Shown here: piece by piece, positions 60,877-64,000 of the stretch
Position numbering within the stretch: the stretch's first letter is position 1
Layout of the letters: the number at the start of each line of letters is the position of its first letter
Assembly: GCA_027621355.1 (NCBI GenBank)
Contig: JAQCBZ010000001.1
Location: 53,155 to 117,154 of the forward strand
Length of the DNA: 64,000 nt
Reading direction: 5' to 3'
From: Bacteroidota bacterium
GTDB taxonomy: Bacteria; Bacteroidota; Rhodothermia; Balneolales; Balneolaceae
Position numbers and translations under genes: made by a program
Notes under the pieces: model-generated
Told to the model about the DNA's origin: nothing
Databases searched by the model: none
Seen by the model: only the letters and a program-made list of their open reading frames with translations

Positions 60877-62097
60877 ATGCACTGGGCACCGGTTGAAGAG
60901 CAATTATCGTTAATTAAGCGGGGAGTGTCTGAGCTAATTCCAGAGGAAGAACTTCTTGAAAAGCTAAAAAAAAGCGCCCAAACGAATACACCCCTTAAGG
61001 TGAAGCTTGGATGCGATCCAACGCGACCCGATCTGCATCTTGGCCATTCGGTCATTTTGCGAAAGCTTCGACAGTTCCAGGATTTAGGCCATGAAGCGGT
61101 GCTCATTATTGGGGATTTCACAGCGTTGATCGGTGATCCCACAGGTCAGAACAAAACAAGACCTCCCTTGACTGAGCAAGAGGTAAAGGAGAATGCCAAG
61201 ACCTACCTTGAACAGGTCTACCAAATCCTCGATCCGGAGAAAACAGAATTAGTCTACAACTCAGAATGGCTTGGGGGGCTATCCTTTATGGACATCATTC
61301 GTGAATCGGCTAAAATTACCGTGGCACGAATGATTGAAAGGGATGACTTTTCGAAACGATTCCAGGCGAATGAGCCTATTTCGTTACACGAGTTCTTGTA
61401 TCCGCTTGCGCAAGCCTTGGATTCGGTTCATCTGCATAGCGATGTAGAGCTTGGAGGGACAGATCAAAAGTTTAATCTACTCATGGGTCGTGACATGCAG
61501 CGGAGTGAAGGTCAAGATCCTCAAGTTTGCATCATGATGCCTTTGCTTGTGGGAACCGATGGAGTCCAAAAAATGTCTAAATCGTATGAGAATACGATTG
61601 CGTTGAACGATACGGCCGAAGAGATGTACGGGAAGGTGCTGAGCATCTCAGATGAACAGATTATGCCGTGGGCCGAACTTCTTTCAGAGTATTCAGAAGA
61701 AGAATTATCCGCCCTTCGCGAACAGGTCAACGCAGATCCAAGAAACGCAAAACACGACCTCTCGTGGCACATCACAAGTCTTTTCCATGGGGAAGAGGGG
61801 GCCGCAAGTGGGCGTCACCATTTTGAGACCACGGTGATCCAAAAAACAGTCCCAGACGATGCCCCAGTTCACCACGTAATGGCCGGTGTGGATGAAAGCC
61901 TTATTTCCATCATCACGGGGCTTGGGTTTGCAAGTTCAAACGGAGAGGCCCGGCGCCTCATTCAACAAGGAGGGGTCTCTTTAGACGACGTGAAGGTGAC
62001 CGATGTCCAAGCAAGTGTCACTTTAGAAAAAGGCCAAGAGGTGGTTCTAAAAGCAGGGAAGCGTAAGTTTGCGATTCTTGCCGCAAGAGAATCATAG
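60877..62097 (+). CDS. tyrS: tyrosine--tRNA ligase
   Basis: HIGH motif PDLHLGH, the KMSKS motif, and a C-terminal S4-like domain. Confidence 0.94.
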   Translation: MHWAPVEEQLSLIKRGVSELIPEEELLEKLKKSAQTNTPLKVKLGCDPTRPDLHLGHSVILRKLRQFQDLGHEAVLIIGDFTALIGDPTGQNKTRPPLTEQEVKENAKTYLEQVYQILDPEKTELVYNSEWLGGLSFMDIIRESAKITVARMIERDDFSKRFQANEPISLHEFLYPLAQALDSVHLHSDVELGGTDQKFNLLMGRDMQRSEGQDPQVCIMMPLLVGTDGVQKMSKSYENTIALNDTAEEMYGKVLSISDEQIMPWAELLSEYSEEELSALREQVNADPRNAKHDLSWHITSLFHGEEGAASGRHHFETTVIQKTVPDDAPVHHVMAGVDESLISIITGLGFASSNGEARRLIQQGGVSLDDVKVTDVQASVTLEKGQEVVLKAGKRKFAILAARES

Positions 62098-62176
62098 AAG
62101 CATCGTTGTAAGGAACATGGTTTAAAGGTGTCTAATAGAGGAACCACCCTGTTGGACTCTCTATTTCTTCATTGCC

Positions 62177-64000
62177 TTGCACCTTCCAGCTGTTCGAACG
62201 CTCGTTTTTTATGGAATTGGATTAGCCATTGTTTTTGGGCTAGAAGAGGTTGACCTGTCCATCTCTTGGTGGGCCTGCATTCCTTGGGCGCTCCTCCTTT
62301 GGTCTACTCTAGGCTTTGCCTCGTTAGCTCCCTTTACACACCCCAGGATTTGGACCGTTTCAATCCTGCTTTATGTACTGATTTCTGGGGTCTTGTGCGC
62401 TGCCGTTCAACAATCAATGGATACCGCGGAGAGTGATCGCTTCCAGATACTTGATGTGGTTGATAAGGCTACTCTCGAAATAGAAGGGACCTTAGAGCGT
62501 GTAGAAAGGCGCTTAACCGATCAAGAGGTAGAGTGGATTCTCTGGACGCGAGTGCACGCGATGGACACGGTAAATTTCGTGCGTCCTGTTCGAGCTAGGC
62601 TAAGCCATCGACAAGCGTTAGATGAATGTAATGAGCGCGTTAATCGCTGCTTTATGGCCCATGAGGGGCAAACAATTGCATGGAGTATTGAGGTGCGTCA
62701 AAGTCACTCACCGCGAGTTCCTGGGACATTTCATTATCCAACCTGGCTCAAACAACAAGGAGTGGTGCTAACCGGCACGGTACTAGAGTGGTCTGTCGAT
62801 TGGGATGAGTTGCAGCACATGGAATCCATAGATGATGCTAAACCGATGATGTTGAGGGTTCGCGAATCTATCCGACAATCTATCGATCAACGATTTAGTG
62901 AACAGGCGAGTGAGTTTGTCCATGCGTTTGTTTTGGGTGACCGTAGCCGCATGGATCAAGATCAAAAACAGGCGTTCTCCAATTCAGGTTTATCCCACAT
63001 CATGGCAGTATCGGGCCTTCATGTTGGCCTCCTCGTTGCGCCGTTTTGGGTCCTTTTCCCTCTTGTAGCTCCAAAAAAGCACCTGGCTGCGACACTTTGG
63101 ATGACGCTGCTGATTCTTCTGTTGGGATATTGCGCTTTGACTGGTTGGAGCGTGTCGGTCCAGCGGGCAAGTATGATGACCCTGATCATGGCCACGACCC
63201 GTTGTTTTATGATGCAGCGAATTGCCGTACAAACATTGGCTGTAGCGGCGCTGTTTTTGCTACTCAAAAACCCTCAGGAAGTCTTTCAAGCTGGCTTTCA
63301 ACTCTCTTTTGGGGCTGTATTTGGTCTGTTGACATGGATGCAAGCCATTCAACAAGGCGTTTACCGAACGATTCCAACACCTCCTTTGCGCTGGGTTATT
63401 CAATTGATGAGTGTATCGGTGATTGCTCAATTTGTGAACTTTCCAATACTAGCCTCATGGTTTGGCTCTGTTTCGTGGATTTCGCCCATTGCAAATCTTG
63501 CTGTAATTCCCTTTCTGGGCATTGCCATGCCAGCCACGATTTTGACACTATTGGCGCCAGAAACGGTCTTAGCTTGGCTTCCTATTCATCAGTTGTTGAC
63601 GATATTCTTTAAATACGTCTTGAGGATTTCTTCCATATTTGGCACTTCTCAGTGGACCGTTTCGACACAGGCTTGGCCCGCTTGGGCCGTGGCTTGCTGG
63701 GCGATTGGCGCCACCACACTCCGCCCACAAGTATCCCCTCACACACGATGGCGCGGCATACTAGTCCTCTGCACGATCCTTGCAGGCGCGGGTGTGCTCA
63801 AAACCATCGAAAAAGCTCAGCCAGCCCCTTTTCAGGTTTGGATGCTTGATGTAGGACAGGGCGACGCCTTTGTGATTCAAACACCATCCGAGCAGGTATA
63901 CATCCTAGATGCAGGTCTTGGTGGGTGGGGCATGGATAGTGCAGAGCGAGTCATTCTCCCCTTTTTAGCCCATCAAGGGATACATCATATAGAGGGTCTC
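62177..64000 (+). CDS. comEC: ComEC/Rec2 DNA internalization protein (3' end beyond window; start uncertain)
   Basis: Hand translation shows the frame open from 62126 to the window end. Competence-domain motif SNSGLSHIMAVSGLHVG, many TM helices, and the start of an MBL domain (LDVGQGDAFVIQT) at the end. There is no ATG near the 5' end, so the TTG at 62177 is a guess. Confidence 0.8.
   Translation, partial: MHLPAVRTLVFYGIGLAIVFGLEEVDLSISWWACIPWALLLWSTLGFASLAPFTHPRIWTVSILLYVLISGVLCAAVQQSMDTAESDRFQILDVVDKATLEIEGTLERVERRLTDQEVEWILWTRVHAMDTVNFVRPVRARLSHRQALDECNERVNRCFMAHEGQTIAWSIEVRQSHSPRVPGTFHYPTWLKQQGVVLTGTVLEWSVDWDELQHMESIDDAKPMMLRVRESIRQSIDQRFSEQASEFVHAFVLGDRSRMDQDQKQAFSNSGLSHIMAVSGLHVGLLVAPFWVLFPLVAPKKHLAATLWMTLLILLLGYCALTGWSVSVQRASMMTLIMATTRCFMMQRIAVQTLAVAALFLLLKNPQEVFQAGFQLSFGAVFGLLTWMQAIQQGVYRTIPTPPLRWVIQLMSVSVIAQFVNFPILASWFGSVSWISPIANLAVIPFLGIAMPATILTLLAPETVLAWLPIHQLLTIFFKYVLRISSIFGTSQWTVSTQAWPAWAVACWAIGATTLRPQVSPHTRWRGILVLCTILAGAGVLKTIEKAQPAPFQVWMLDVGQGDAFVIQTPSEQVYILDAGLGGWGMDSAERVILPFLAHQGIHHIEGL

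Noticed and set aside
62783-63849. Several 60-188-aa ORFs in the track on both strands (e.g. 63046-63612)
   Set aside because: They are out of frame with, or antisense to, the long open ComEC frame (SGLSHIMAVSGLHVG). The track omits that frame because it runs off the window.
1-64000. Scan for CRISPR arrays, rRNA operons, IS elements with inverted repeats, and retron, DGR or toxin-antitoxin-like modules
   Set aside because: I noticed no regularly spaced repeats, transposase-like ORFs or reverse-transcriptase motifs. The only mobile DNA I can support is the tRNA-Asp mini-element.

Overview
This is a chromosomal, mostly housekeeping window, about half G+C by eye. It looks like an FCB-group bacterium (Bacteroidota/Rhodothermota/Balneolota-like). 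The markers for that are a DUF4270-type lipoprotein after a short GlgA-like gene, a DUF4295-type mini-ORF after rpmB-rpmG, and PorV/PorQ-like barrels. There are roughly 60 genes: glgB, malQ, rho, lptB, purQ-clpS-purS, miaA, dnaN, argS, radC, topA, ppk1, ruvB, metK, an M14 peptidase, purM, dtd, adk, rplS-trmD-rimM-rpsP, ffh, fabI, ruvC-ruvA, a PhoB/PhoR-like pair, a manC-like gene, gpx, mnmG-rsmG, gyrB-gyrA, rpmB-rpmG, cvpA, tyrS and a comEC that runs off the window end. Four things deserve a second look. (1) A ~2.3-kb AT-rich mini integrative element sits in the 5' end of tRNA-Asp(GTC). It carries a tyrosine recombinase, one small membrane ORF and seven ATGATTACAAG-type repeats, and is bounded by a 21-bp direct repeat. 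(2) A dense DnaA-box cluster plus an AT-rich tract lies between divergent purM and dtd. It is a candidate oriC that is not next to dnaA or dnaN. (3) Two perfect 16-bp parS palindromes lie inside rsmG. (4) A MurF-like ligase is fused to an N-terminal membrane domain. Several smaller oddities are listed as findings. I found no CRISPR array, no rRNA gene and no recognisable multi-gene defence system. All family calls come from motifs read by eye, not from searches.
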